Source of the DNA: Flavobacterium sp.
GTDB taxonomy: Bacteria; Bacteroidota; Bacteroidia; Flavobacteriales; Flavobacteriaceae
NCBI RefSeq assembly: GCF_027531905.1
Contig: NZ_JAPZSU010000014.1
Location: 24,881 to 88,880, forward strand
Length of the DNA: 64,000 nucleotides
Direction: 5' to 3'
The notes beneath the pieces are model-generated. The model was given only the letters and a program-made list of their open reading frames with translations. It was not told the DNA's origin and did not search any database. Shown in pieces: positions 45,130-55,119 of the stretch. The translations under genes and the position numbers were made by a program. Every line of letters starts with the position of its first letter. The stretch's first letter is position 1.

Positions 45130-45198
45130 TTTGTATGAATTGTGAGGTTATTGTATTTATTCCGAGGAAACTAATTAACGCTAGTCGCGTTTGGGTAT

Positions 45199-45232
45199 AA
45201 AAAAAGGCGATACTAAAAAAAAGTAACGCCTT
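45199..45232 (-). terminator. Terminator after rpmH
   Basis: AAGGCGTTACT...AGTATCGCCTTTTTT on the minus strand. Confidence 0.7.
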
Positions 45233-45252
45233 ATATGATGTTTATACAAACA

Positions 45253-45414
45253 TTATTTTTTGTGTCTAGGTTCGCTAGAAACAGTCAATTTATGTCTTCC
45301 TTTAGCTCTTCTACGCGCTAGAACTTTTCTTCCATTCGCAGACGCCATTCTGTCCATAAATCCGTGTTTATTTCTTCTTTTTCTTTTCGATGGTTGAAAT
45401 GTTCTTTTGCTCAT
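45253..45414 (-). CDS. rpmH: 50S ribosomal protein L34 (53 aa, not in ORF track)
   Basis: Manual translation [53 protein letters not shown]; -7 TATATTTG at 45488-45495. Confidence 0.97.
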
Positions 45415-45581
45415 TGCTTTGTATCTTTAAAATCTTGTTTATGTATCTTTATTTTGTTTGGACTAACCCTTATTCCAAAACCGAGTGCAAATATACAAAG
45501 ACTTTTTTTTCTAGCAAGTAGTTTTATAAAAATATTTTTAATTCCTTTTACTATCTTTGCAATCTAAATTTAACACCTATT

Positions 45582-46097
45582 ATGTTTCACAGAAATATCA
45601 AACTTATCCTAGCTGCATTAATCATCATTGCAGGAATTTGGCAATTTACAGAATCTAATATTGGAAACGGAATTTTCTTATTATTCCTAAGTGCTTTCCC
45701 TATTTTTCTTTACTACAAAAATGAATTTATTTTATTAGCCTTCTTAAAATTAAGAAAACAAGATTTTCCTGGCGCTCAAAAATGGCTGGCTTACATCAAA
45801 AATCCAGAAACTGCACTGGTAAGAAAACAACAAGGTTACTTTAATTATCTTCATGGAATTATGGTTTCACAAACCAATATCAACCAAGCTGAAAAGTTCT
45901 TCAAAAAAGCTATCGAATTAGGCCTTTCTATGGACATGGATTTGGCGGTAGCCAAATTAAATTTAGCTGGTGTTGCTATGTCTCGTAGAAGAAAATTGGA
46001 AGCTACTACCTTATTAAATGAAGCCAAAAAGCTAGACAAACAAAATATGTTGAAAGAGCAAATTACAATGATGAAAGAGCAAATGAAAAAAATCTAA
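45582..46097 (+). CDS. Conserved membrane-anchored TPR-like protein
   Basis: Two N-terminal TM helices then TPR-like helices (AEKFFKKAIELG); -7 TATCTTTG at 45552-45559. Confidence 0.7.
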   Translation: MFHRNIKLILAALIIIAGIWQFTESNIGNGIFLLFLSAFPIFLYYKNEFILLAFLKLRKQDFPGAQKWLAYIKNPETALVRKQQGYFNYLHGIMVSQTNINQAEKFFKKAIELGLSMDMDLAVAKLNLAGVAMSRRRKLEATTLLNEAKKLDKQNMLKEQITMMKEQMKKI

Positions 46098-46116
46098 TGC
46101 TTAATTTATAAAAAAC

Positions 46117-46154
46117 AAAAGGCGATTAACTTAGTAAAGTTAGTCGCCTTTTTT
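46117..46154. terminator. Bidirectional terminator
   Basis: AAAAGGCGATTAACT / AGTTAGTCGCCTTTT. Confidence 0.75.
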
Positions 46155-46814
46155 AATTCCCTTCAAAATTATCTCTGGCAAATGTTCGTTCAGCCATCGA
46201 AATCGAAACAAAATCATGGCGTGATTCCCTCCTGGAACAATTATACAATTAGTAATATATTTGATTGGAAAAACATCGTCTTGATTGCCATGAATATGAA
46301 TTACTGATGAATCTATCACAGTTCTTTCCCAAAGAATCACCTGTTCAATGGCCCAATCCAAATAATTAATATCCCGAACCGAAAGGAATTTTTCATACAA
46401 TTTGAGTCGGCTTTTTATTTTTTCACCAAAAGAAAATTTAGCTAAATTCTCTACATTCAAAATCAAACTCGTAGGAATCAACTTGTAAGCTTTAGTAGTT
46501 TTGGCAACTTTCATTCGTCTAGGAAATTCTAAATTGCTCTTAACACTCGAAATGATGATTAAACGAAATGGATTCAAAAAAGCTGCCATTTCTTGAACCA
46601 AAATACCCCCAAAAGAAACCCCAATCAATACTGGGTTTGTATGAATAACTTTAGTACTCATTCGCCTAGCGTAGTCAGAAAGCGTTTCGTTGACCAAGGG
46701 AATCTCCCATTCTAACAAAATGACTTCAAATTGCTCCTTAGGCAAATCAATTCGTTCAAAAATAGCAGAACTGGCCGCCAAACCTGGCATAAAATAAACA
46801 GGGATTTTACTCAT
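46140..46814 (-). CDS. Alpha/beta hydrolase
   Basis: MPGLAA oxyanion, GVSFGG nucleophile elbow, HIHG..D.VFP, GGNH. Confidence 0.88.
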   Translation of the reverse strand: MSKIPVYFMPGLAASSAIFERIDLPKEQFEVILLEWEIPLVNETLSDYARRMSTKVIHTNPVLIGVSFGGILVQEMAAFLNPFRLIIISSVKSNLEFPRRMKVAKTTKAYKLIPTSLILNVENLAKFSFGEKIKSRLKLYEKFLSVRDINYLDWAIEQVILWERTVIDSSVIHIHGNQDDVFPIKYITNCIIVPGGNHAMILFRFRWLNEHLPEIILKGIKKGD

Positions 46815-47057
46815 TATATTTCAAATCTAATACAAGCTAAAATTAGTTTTAAAAATACAAAGACAAGCCATCCTTTAAAAATAATAATCAACTTTCTTTA
46901 GTTTCGTTTCTTTAAAAAACAAAAAAAGAACCTCAAGAAACATCACACATTCACTATTTATTGATTATCAATTCCTTACCTTTGCGAGATAATATTCTTT
47001 AACCACAAAAGAATAATCATATGTTTCAATCCAAATTTCTGAAAAACAATCTCATCA

Positions 47058-47342
47058 ATGGAAGTTAAAGACAATATTTTTGCAAGACAATTTGAAACCA
47101 TTGTTCCTGAAGGGCTTTTAATCGTTGAATATTCCTTTCAAGAGAAAAAGATATTTTTAACAAAATTCAATGCCCCCGATTCATTTTCTGATGAAGAAAT
47201 AATTCAGCAATTTTTCAAAGCAATCCTAGACACTATTAGCGAACGCAATTTGAAAGCCGTACCAATCTTGCCTAAAATAGTTCTTTTCTTTAAAAAAAAT
47301 CCATCCTATAAAGAACTTTTACCTCCAGGTATTCGTCTATAA
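47058..47342 (+). CDS. Small GNAT-like (YjdJ-type) protein
   Basis: DN.FARQFE, EYS...KKIFLTK, P..PK...FFKKNP.Y; -7 TACCTTTG at 46977-46984. Confidence 0.7.
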   Translation: MEVKDNIFARQFETIVPEGLLIVEYSFQEKKIFLTKFNAPDSFSDEEIIQQFFKAILDTISERNLKAVPILPKIVLFFKKNPSYKELLPPGIRL

Positions 47343-47378
47343 AAAAAGCTACCTTTTCAGGCAGCTCTTATCATTCAA

Positions 47379-48524
47379 CTAATTTCTTCCCCCTCTATTA
47401 GACATATTTCCCGATGAAGGTCTAGTGGCGGGTCTAGTAGCAGGTCGTGTTGCAGGTCTTGCTGTTGGCCTTGATGCTGGAGCACTTGGACGCGTCATTG
47501 GAGTACTTGGTCTCACATTAGGAGTTGTAGGTCTCGATGTTGATGGTAATCTATCAGAAGGTCTTGTAGACGGACGACTCATATTGTTATTAGAGTTCGT
47601 AGGTCTTGTAGTTGGCCTTGTTGTTGGTCGTGTCGTAGGACGATTAGTTGATGGCCTAACTGATGGAGAAGCCGGTTTTCTATATGTTCTTCCATCATAA
47701 GTTGCTCTGTAATTTCCATTCACTCTATTGTTTCTTACCACAACCGAAGTAGTTCTTCGATTAGAATAATACACGCGGTGTCCTGGATTACGGATAATTA
47801 CCGTTCTGTGATAGTAATGATTTCCATAATAATGTCTGTGATACCCCCAGTAATTGTGATAATAAACAGGGCGCCAAGGTCTCCAGTAAGGCGGATAATA
47901 GCCCCAATACCAAGGAGAACGCCAAGGAATAAACAGTGGAGAAAACAAATACACTACTACTGGCCAAGCACTAACCGTTGTTCCGCTATTCGTATTATAA
48001 TTGTTGGTCGTATTATTATTAATTATAACCGTTCCTTCGCCCTTATAGCCTGGATTTGGAGTACCCGAAACTTTGGCTACTTCTGCTGGTTCAACTATAT
48101 AATCTTTACCGTATAATTCTTCGTCACCAATGATTTGAACCAATATTTGTCCTTTTTTATCTTTTGTTACCTCAACAACTGCGACATCTTGTTTTTCTGA
48201 TGAACTGACTGCTACTTGCAAAACCACAAAAAAAGAATCTCCTTTTTTCTCACTCACCACTTGAATATAATCAATAGTATTATCGTTGTTCAAATCAAGA
48301 TTGTTGATTTTGCCCTCTTCATCATTAATCGCTTTCTCAAAATCCTCCAACGTTTTTGATTTTTGAAAAACATCCAATACCGCATACAAATTGAGATTAT
48401 CTCCTGGCAGCCCTAATGCTTCTGGCTCCTCATTGGATTGAGCATAGATTGAGCTACAAAAACAACTCATTACAAAAAGCGTCAAATACATCAATACATT
48501 TTTCATGCCTATAATTTTTACCAT
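47379..48524 (-). CDS. Secreted hypothetical protein with EF-hand-like loop, aromatic-rich middle and RP(T/A)T repeat tail
   Basis: Signal peptide; DLNNDNTIDY; W/Y/P/H-rich segment; repeated RPTT/RPAT. Confidence 0.75.
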   Translation of the reverse strand: MVKIIGMKNVLMYLTLFVMSCFCSSIYAQSNEEPEALGLPGDNLNLYAVLDVFQKSKTLEDFEKAINDEEGKINNLDLNNDNTIDYIQVVSEKKGDSFFVVLQVAVSSSEKQDVAVVEVTKDKKGQILVQIIGDEELYGKDYIVEPAEVAKVSGTPNPGYKGEGTVIINNNTTNNYNTNSGTTVSAWPVVVYLFSPLFIPWRSPWYWGYYPPYWRPWRPVYYHNYWGYHRHYYGNHYYHRTVIIRNPGHRVYYSNRRTTSVVVRNNRVNGNYRATYDGRTYRKPASPSVRPSTNRPTTRPTTRPTTRPTNSNNNMSRPSTRPSDRLPSTSRPTTPNVRPSTPMTRPSAPASRPTARPATRPATRPATRPSSGNMSNRGGRN

Positions 48525-48668
48525 TACTATACCTCTAAGATAGACAAATTAGCAAAAGGTTTAATAACAAATAATAATTTGACAAACAATTAGTTGTTAT
48601 TTTTTTATACTTTTAAAAAACAAACATTTTAAAAATTACTTTTTCAATCTTATTTTAACGATTTCACT

Positions 48669-50075
48669 ATGAAAAGAAGCACCCGCCACCCTATTCATTG
48701 GTTTACAGTTTTTCTTTTACTATCCACTATTTCAATTTCTTGGGGACAAATAAATATCTCAACAACCTTAGACGAAGCTATAAATAGAGCTTTAGAAAAA
48801 AGTCTTTCCCTAAAAAACAAAGAACTTGAAATTGAAAAACTGAATTTACAAGAAAAAGGAATTTGGAATAAATACATTCCAACGGTTGAAGCCAGTGCTA
48901 TTTATTCCTATTTCGACAACAAACTCACTGTAGATTTACCTACTACGCAAATTCCAATAATTAATTACCCCCTTTTTGACGGAAAGACAGCTTTTAATAA
49001 TTATGGAAATCTTTTCAACGGGAGCATCATGGCAAAAACAGTCCTTTTTAGCGGTATGCAAATCCCTAATGGCGCCAAAGCTGTTAAGGAAAAAACCAAA
49101 GGAACTCAATATTTAAAAGATTCAGAGAAAGACCAAATCATCAAGGAAGTCATCAATACTTTTGACCAATTGTCGCTTTTGAAAGCTATCGACACATTAA
49201 TCAAAGACAGCAATAATCGCCTTCAAACCGAAGCAAAAAGGGTTCAAAAAGCAATCGAACAAGGACTTGCAGTTCCTTATGACCGCGATAAAATAAAACT
49301 CGCTTCTTTAGAATTGCAATCCAAAAAAGTGGAGCTTGACGGAAAAAGAGAATTAGTTTATAAAAAAATTACTTATTTAACAGGATATTCAATTTCTCAA
49401 ATAGATAAAGTTTCTTATCAATTAGAACCATACTTACTCTTGAATAGTCAATTAAAAACAGAAAACAAACAAGAAATCAAAGCCCTTGAATCGTTCAAAA
49501 CAGCTTATGAGTTTTTATTAAAAAAAGAAAAAGGCACGTATCTCCCAACGGTTGGAGCTTTTGGAGGCGTTGCCTATTCAAGTTTATTTAATGCCAAAGC
49601 CACTACTCCAGTAATCACAGGAGTTAATCAAGCGCTTTACTTAGGACTCAATGAATTAACCATAAGCAACAATTGGATGATTGGAGCAGCAGTTAAATGG
49701 GAGATTTTTACTGGTTTTGAAAGGCAGCACAAAATTCATGAAGCCAAAATAAACATTAATCAATTGCAGAATCAAATCGATGATACTAAAGAAAAACTTG
49801 AGCTTTTACTTGAAAACAATTGGGTAAATTATTCGGTTTTGAACAAAAAATTAGAAATTGCTAATCAACAAGAAAAAATAGCAAAAAACAATTTGAATCT
49901 TGCTTCGAAACAATATACCCAAGGACTTATCTCAGTTTCTGAACGATTAGAAGCAGAAAATGATTGCTTTAAGAGCGAGGTAAACAAAATTAATACTGTA
50001 ATTGACCAACGTTTGGCTGCGATAGAAACTATAATAGCTACTGGTGATTTCACTAAACAACTCAAAATACAATAA
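48669..50075 (+). CDS. TolC-family outer membrane efflux protein
   Basis: TLDEAI.RAL start, helical repeats, YLPTVGAFG, AVKWEIFTG, Y.QGL.S..ERL.A. Confidence 0.88.
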   Translation: MKRSTRHPIHWFTVFLLLSTISISWGQINISTTLDEAINRALEKSLSLKNKELEIEKLNLQEKGIWNKYIPTVEASAIYSYFDNKLTVDLPTTQIPIINYPLFDGKTAFNNYGNLFNGSIMAKTVLFSGMQIPNGAKAVKEKTKGTQYLKDSEKDQIIKEVINTFDQLSLLKAIDTLIKDSNNRLQTEAKRVQKAIEQGLAVPYDRDKIKLASLELQSKKVELDGKRELVYKKITYLTGYSISQIDKVSYQLEPYLLLNSQLKTENKQEIKALESFKTAYEFLLKKEKGTYLPTVGAFGGVAYSSLFNAKATTPVITGVNQALYLGLNELTISNNWMIGAAVKWEIFTGFERQHKIHEAKININQLQNQIDDTKEKLELLLENNWVNYSVLNKKLEIANQQEKIAKNNLNLASKQYTQGLISVSERLEAENDCFKSEVNKINTVIDQRLAAIETIIATGDFTKQLKIQ

Positions 50076-50104
50076 ACAATTTAAATTCAAAAACAGCACT
50101 AAAG

Positions 50105-51058
50105 ATGAAAAACACACTCATATTATTCCTCACCCTACTATTGAGCTCGAGTTGTAACCAATCTAAAGACAAGGAACTTCTTCAAGGCAAGGTAGAAAAT
50201 GAACAAATTGCAATTGTCAGCAAAGTACCCGGAAAAATCATTCGTTTATTAGTAAAAGAGGGGGATTTTGTTCAAAAAGGCGACACTCTAGCCATCCTAG
50301 ATATTCCTGAAGTAGATGCTAAAAAAAGTCAAGCTGAAGGAGCCGTTTTTTCTGCGAAAGCCCAGTACAATATGGCCATAAAAGGAGCTACTGATAATCA
50401 AATCAAACAATTGGAAGCCAAACTAATGGCCTTAAAAGAACAATATCAATTTGCTCAAAAATCAATTCGACGCTTGAATAACATGTTGAAAGACTCTTTA
50501 ATTCCACAACAAACCTATGACGAAACTTTTGCTAAATATCAAGGTGCATTAGCGCAATACAACGCTGTGCAAGCAGAATTAGCTGATGCCCAAAAAGGCG
50601 CTAGAAAAGAACAACAAGAAATGGCTCTAGGACAACAAGAACGAGCTTATGGCGCATTGCAAGAAGTAGAAACAGCCAACAAAGAGCGATTTGTAATTGC
50701 GCCTCAAGACATGAGTATCGAAACCATAACTTTGAATCTAGGAGAATTGGCTTTGCCAGGCTACACCCTTTTCAATGGCTCACTCAAAAACAGTACGTAT
50801 TTTAGATTTACCATTGCAGAAAGCAAGTTAAGCCAAATCAAAAAAGGACAAGAAGTCGAGATAAACATTCCCTACAATAAACAATCCATTAAAGGAAAAG
50901 TCACTACTATAAAACAATTAAGTGCCTATGGAAATATAGCTACGGCTTATCCTGACTATGAAATGCAGGAAAGCTTATTTGAAATCAAAATCACACCTAT
51001 CGAGATTCAAGACACGAAAAATTTGATTCCTAAAACATCAGCAACTTTATCTTTATAA
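50105..51058 (+). CDS. HlyD-family periplasmic adaptor (lipoprotein)
   Basis: LSSSC lipobox, SKVPGKI..LLVKEGDFVQKGDTLA lipoyl half-motif, coiled-coil, IAP.D. Confidence 0.9.
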   Translation: MKNTLILFLTLLLSSSCNQSKDKELLQGKVENEQIAIVSKVPGKIIRLLVKEGDFVQKGDTLAILDIPEVDAKKSQAEGAVFSAKAQYNMAIKGATDNQIKQLEAKLMALKEQYQFAQKSIRRLNNMLKDSLIPQQTYDETFAKYQGALAQYNAVQAELADAQKGARKEQQEMALGQQERAYGALQEVETANKERFVIAPQDMSIETITLNLGELALPGYTLFNGSLKNSTYFRFTIAESKLSQIKKGQEVEINIPYNKQSIKGKVTTIKQLSAYGNIATAYPDYEMQESLFEIKITPIEIQDTKNLIPKTSATLSL

Positions 51059-51060
51059 CC

Positions 51061-52230
51061 ATGCAAAACTTTTTTTTCCTATTAAAAAGAGAATTCAAAT
51101 TGTTTTGGCAAAATAGTGTTTTGCGTATGCTCTTTATTGGTGCACCACTCTTATATGCTGTATTATTAGGATATGTGTACAGCAAAGGAAAAGTAACCGA
51201 CTTACCCATACTTGTCATTGACTATGACCAAACCGAGATGAGCGCCAAAGCCATCGAAATGTTTAATGACGATGAAGTCATCAATGTAGCTAAGGTTTTA
51301 TACGATCAAAATGATGTGGCAAAAATCACTATTGACGAAGAAGCCAATGCTGTTGTAATTATCCCAAAAGGTTTTCAAAAAATGGTATTTACCAAAAAGT
51401 ATCCAGAAATAACCACCATTGTCAATACGGCCAATATTTTAACAGCCAATTATGCCTCGACTGCTATACAAATTTGTTTGGGGACTTTAAAAGTTGGAGT
51501 TCAGATGGAAACCTTAAGAAAACAAGGCGTACCAGAAAAATTAATTCCCTCTCAATATGAACCCTTTAAAACAACTTTCATAAAAAAATACAATCGAAGC
51601 ACCAACTACATGTATTACTTGTGGCCAGGAGTATTATCGGCCGTACTACAACAAGTTATACTTTTGGCTTTAGCCTTATCTTTTGCCTCAGAATTTGAGA
51701 ATGGTACTTTTTACTTTTTAGTTAATAAGAGTAGTTCCATCATTCAAATGATTGGCATAAAAATCATCCCCTATTTGATAATGAGCTTTGGAGTATGGCT
51801 TATCTATTGGTTTTTCACCTTTTACTTCCGAATTCCATTTTTCAAAAATCTTCCTGAGCTCACTTTTGTAGCAGGAATTTTTATTCTCTCTGTGTCCTTC
51901 ATTGGCATATTAGTAAGTATTGTGCTTCCTAATCAACTTAAGGCTACCGAAATTTTAATGGTGATTGCAACTCCAAGTTTTATTTTGAGTGGGTTTAGTT
52001 GGCCTTTAAGTCAAATGCCCAATTGGGTTCAAGGTGTAGCTAATGTCATTCCACTTACTCATTTTTTAAAGGCTTTTCGAATACTAATTATTGAAGAAGG
52101 GACTTTATCACAAGTAAAGAATCCTATTTATAATATGATTATTATTGGAATAGTTTGTGCAATACTAGCCTTTATCGCACTTTATTTTAAGAAAAAAGAA
52201 GCTTTAAAAATAAGTAATACAAAAAATTAA
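51061..52230 (+). CDS. ABC-2 type transporter permease (YbhS/YhhJ-like)
   Basis: KREFK, GAP..Y..LLG, periplasmic loop, FASEFENGT, SG.SWP...MP, IPLTHFL. Confidence 0.88.
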   Translation: MQNFFFLLKREFKLFWQNSVLRMLFIGAPLLYAVLLGYVYSKGKVTDLPILVIDYDQTEMSAKAIEMFNDDEVINVAKVLYDQNDVAKITIDEEANAVVIIPKGFQKMVFTKKYPEITTIVNTANILTANYASTAIQICLGTLKVGVQMETLRKQGVPEKLIPSQYEPFKTTFIKKYNRSTNYMYYLWPGVLSAVLQQVILLALALSFASEFENGTFYFLVNKSSSIIQMIGIKIIPYLIMSFGVWLIYWFFTFYFRIPFFKNLPELTFVAGIFILSVSFIGILVSIVLPNQLKATEILMVIATPSFILSGFSWPLSQMPNWVQGVANVIPLTHFLKAFRILIIEEGTLSQVKNPIYNMIIIGIVCAILAFIALYFKKKEALKISNTKN

Positions 52231-52372
52231 ATTTCAAAAATTAGTATTCATATTAAAAAAACTACGTCGTATTTTGTCGTAGTTTTTTTTTCATAAGAAC
52301 TAATTCATGTACTCAAAACATGTCCTTAATTTAATACCAATAATTTTATTACTTAAGACAACATATTTTATT

Positions 52373-53803
52373 TTAGAAATACCCAATAACTCCGAGCCAA
52401 ACCCAACCTGCAATTAAAAAAATTAACAACATTACCACTCCAGTTATAAATCCATTTATCCACCAACTTTTTAAATCAACGAAACCGCCTCCAAAAAACA
52501 CAGGTGCTGGACCATGTCCATAATGAGTTATGGTCCCATAAATTGAACCGATAAAACCAAGCATATAAGCCATTAACAACGGAGGCACTCCTATTGAAAT
52601 CCCAACTCCTAACAAAGCAGCATACATAGCAGCAACATGGGCTGTTGCGCTAGCAAACAAATAATGGCTGAAAAAATAAACTCCAATAATGATAGGAAAC
52701 CCTACCTGCCAGCTTAATCCGCCTATTTTTGACTTTACAATAATTCCAAACCAATCTATAAAACCCAATTCGTTAAGTGAACTAGCCATCATTACTAAAA
52801 CCGAAAACCAAATAATAGTACCCCATGCGCCTTTCTCAGATTTAATATCCTCCCAGGTTAAAACAGAGGACAACAATAAAATCACTAAACCAATAAAGGC
52901 TGTAGTGGTAGCATCTATAGAGAACAAATCGCCCGTCATCCAAAGGGTTAACAAAATCACAAAAGTCAATAACATAAGCCATTCATTCCAGCTAATGGCT
53001 CCCATTTCTTTTAGCTTTTGACTTGCCATTTGTGGCGCATCACCTGTTTTCTTTAACTCTGGTGGATAAATTTTGTAAAGCAAAATAGGAATAATTATAA
53101 ACGACAATAATCCCGGTACTATTGCAGCCTTTGCCCATGACATCCAAGTTATATCAATTCCAAAATCATGTGCAAATTTTTGACACATCGGATTACTAGC
53201 CGTCCCTGTTAAAAACATTGAAGAAGCAATAAGATTCATATTATAACTACTTAATGTCAAAAAAGAACCTAGTTTACGGTGTGTTTCAGGTTTATCTGGA
53301 TCAGAACCAAAACCTATTGCCATTGATTTCATAATTGGGTAAATGATTCCTCCTCCTCTTGCAGTATTACTTGGTACAGCAGGGGCTAACACTAAGTCGG
53401 CTAATCCTAACCCATATGCTAATCCTAATGAACTTTTTCCAAAAACTTTAATAAATAAAAAGGCAATTCGATTACCTAATCCCGTTTTGATAAACCCTCG
53501 AGCAATAAAAAAAGAAATTCCTATCAACCAAATAACTTTATCTCCAAAACCTTTTAAGGCTAAACTAATTGATTTTCCTGCTTCACCTGGAGCTAAGACT
53601 TGAGAAAATGCAGTAATTGCAATTGCAATCATACACATCGTTCCCATAGGAGCAGCTTTTAAAATAATTCCCAAAATCGTAGAAACAAAAATAGCAAACA
53701 AATGCCACGCTTCTATCTTTACACCATCAGGAGCAGGAATAATCCAAATACTTAATCCAATTAAAAAAGTAACCAATAGGGGTATAATTTTTACTTCTTT
53801 CAT
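52373..53803 (-). CDS. DASS-family di/tricarboxylate transporter (CitT-like)
   Basis: PSNTARGGGII.PI, FLTGTASNP, HYLFASATAH, THYGHGPAPVFFG. Confidence 0.92.
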   Translation of the reverse strand: MKEVKIIPLLVTFLIGLSIWIIPAPDGVKIEAWHLFAIFVSTILGIILKAAPMGTMCMIAIAITAFSQVLAPGEAGKSISLALKGFGDKVIWLIGISFFIARGFIKTGLGNRIAFLFIKVFGKSSLGLAYGLGLADLVLAPAVPSNTARGGGIIYPIMKSMAIGFGSDPDKPETHRKLGSFLTLSSYNMNLIASSMFLTGTASNPMCQKFAHDFGIDITWMSWAKAAIVPGLLSFIIIPILLYKIYPPELKKTGDAPQMASQKLKEMGAISWNEWLMLLTFVILLTLWMTGDLFSIDATTTAFIGLVILLLSSVLTWEDIKSEKGAWGTIIWFSVLVMMASSLNELGFIDWFGIIVKSKIGGLSWQVGFPIIIGVYFFSHYLFASATAHVAAMYAALLGVGISIGVPPLLMAYMLGFIGSIYGTITHYGHGPAPVFFGGGFVDLKSWWINGFITGVVMLLIFLIAGWVWLGVIGYF

Positions 53804-53824
53804 AACATACAGTTTAGATTGTTT

Positions 53825-54976
53825 TTATAAACGACATTGAAATTGCAAGATAAATAATTCATCATCAAATGTGGTAGAATCTGGAATACTATGCTTAAAT
53901 CGATCGATTTCAAAACCAAATTCAATTCTTCCTCGATAAGCTTTTCCAAATTCTAAACTTACCATAGGTGTATAAGTTTGTCTTACATTAGAATTTACTT
54001 TATAATTATTATCAAATGATTCATACCTACATGAAAATTCAATTGATGTTAGTTTTTTATAATTGATAGCATATCTAATATTTGGTAAAAAATAAAAACC
54101 CTTCATTTCATAATTTGACAAACTACCTACTCTATTAGCTTCTGGTAATGAAAAAAACAAATTATGATTCGTCCCCTGTTTATATTCAATTTGTCCATCA
54201 AAAGAAAATTTATCTGTCAATTTTATATCAAAAGTTGCATCAGCACCTATAGCATAAACATCCTTTTTAAAAACAGATCCCACACCACCATTCAAGCCTA
54301 AATTCACTTTATACTTTTTAGACAAACCAAAAACCCATCTCGAAGAATATTGTTTACCGCTATCTTTGTCTTTTTCTTGATTTCTACCATTACCATTTAC
54401 CACTGAAAATGCATAATGAACAGGTACGTTTTTAATGTCAAAATCTCCCATTAAAGATGCTCCTACTTGAAAACTTGTCCAACCATTTTTACCAAATTCA
54501 TAATATTGATTTGAAAAATCAAAAGATTTAATAAGGTCTGCAGGTTCAGATTCTTCAATCCCAAAATTAGGTCGAAACTGCCCTGCGGTTACTGATAAAT
54601 ACTTATTAAAAGTGTATTTAGCAAATGCATTTTCTAGAACTTTCGACTTAGGGTCTGATTTAAAATCAGCAAAATTTACCAAAAGAGAAACTTCTAGTTG
54701 ATCTGTAACTTTAGCACCAACACTAAGTCGAACTCTTTTTAAATCAAAAGTATTTTGAGTAAAATCTCCATTTGAATGATGCAAACCAGCAACATCTACG
54801 TTGTCTGTTAATGCATACAAGTATCTCGCTTGAAACAACCCTTTAAATTGAAATTGTGGATAGGAAATATCCTTTTTTGAATTCAGATTAGAATCATTAG
54901 TAGATTGAGCATTTAACAAAAAGGGAGCAAAAAACAGCACTACTAATTGTATTAAAAACAAAAAAAAAATATTCAT
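53825..54976 (-). CDS. OprO/OprP-like outer membrane porin
   Basis: Signal peptide, FDLKRVRL, LENAF, GQFRPNFG, NG.G.N, alternating beta strands. Confidence 0.8.
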   Translation of the reverse strand: MNIFFLFLIQLVVLFFAPFLLNAQSTNDSNLNSKKDISYPQFQFKGLFQARYLYALTDNVDVAGLHHSNGDFTQNTFDLKRVRLSVGAKVTDQLEVSLLVNFADFKSDPKSKVLENAFAKYTFNKYLSVTAGQFRPNFGIEESEPADLIKSFDFSNQYYEFGKNGWTSFQVGASLMGDFDIKNVPVHYAFSVVNGNGRNQEKDKDSGKQYSSRWVFGLSKKYKVNLGLNGGVGSVFKKDVYAIGADATFDIKLTDKFSFDGQIEYKQGTNHNLFFSLPEANRVGSLSNYEMKGFYFLPNIRYAINYKKLTSIEFSCRYESFDNNYKVNSNVRQTYTPMVSLEFGKAYRGRIEFGFEIDRFKHSIPDSTTFDDELFILQFQCRL

Positions 54977-55119
54977 AGACCTATCAATTTAGTTAGACAT
55001 GTATTCATAAAAACCATAATTTACTTATAATCAATAGTAAACATACTAAATTTAAACACAAAAAAAAAAGTCACTTCAAAACATACTTTAAAGTGACTTT
55101 TATTTGTAAATAAATACTT

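Noticed and set aside
45415-45487. rpmH leader with AAAGATAC direct repeats and a weak TTTGGA/TCCAAA stem
   Set aside because: Too short and AT-rich to support a regulatory RNA claim.
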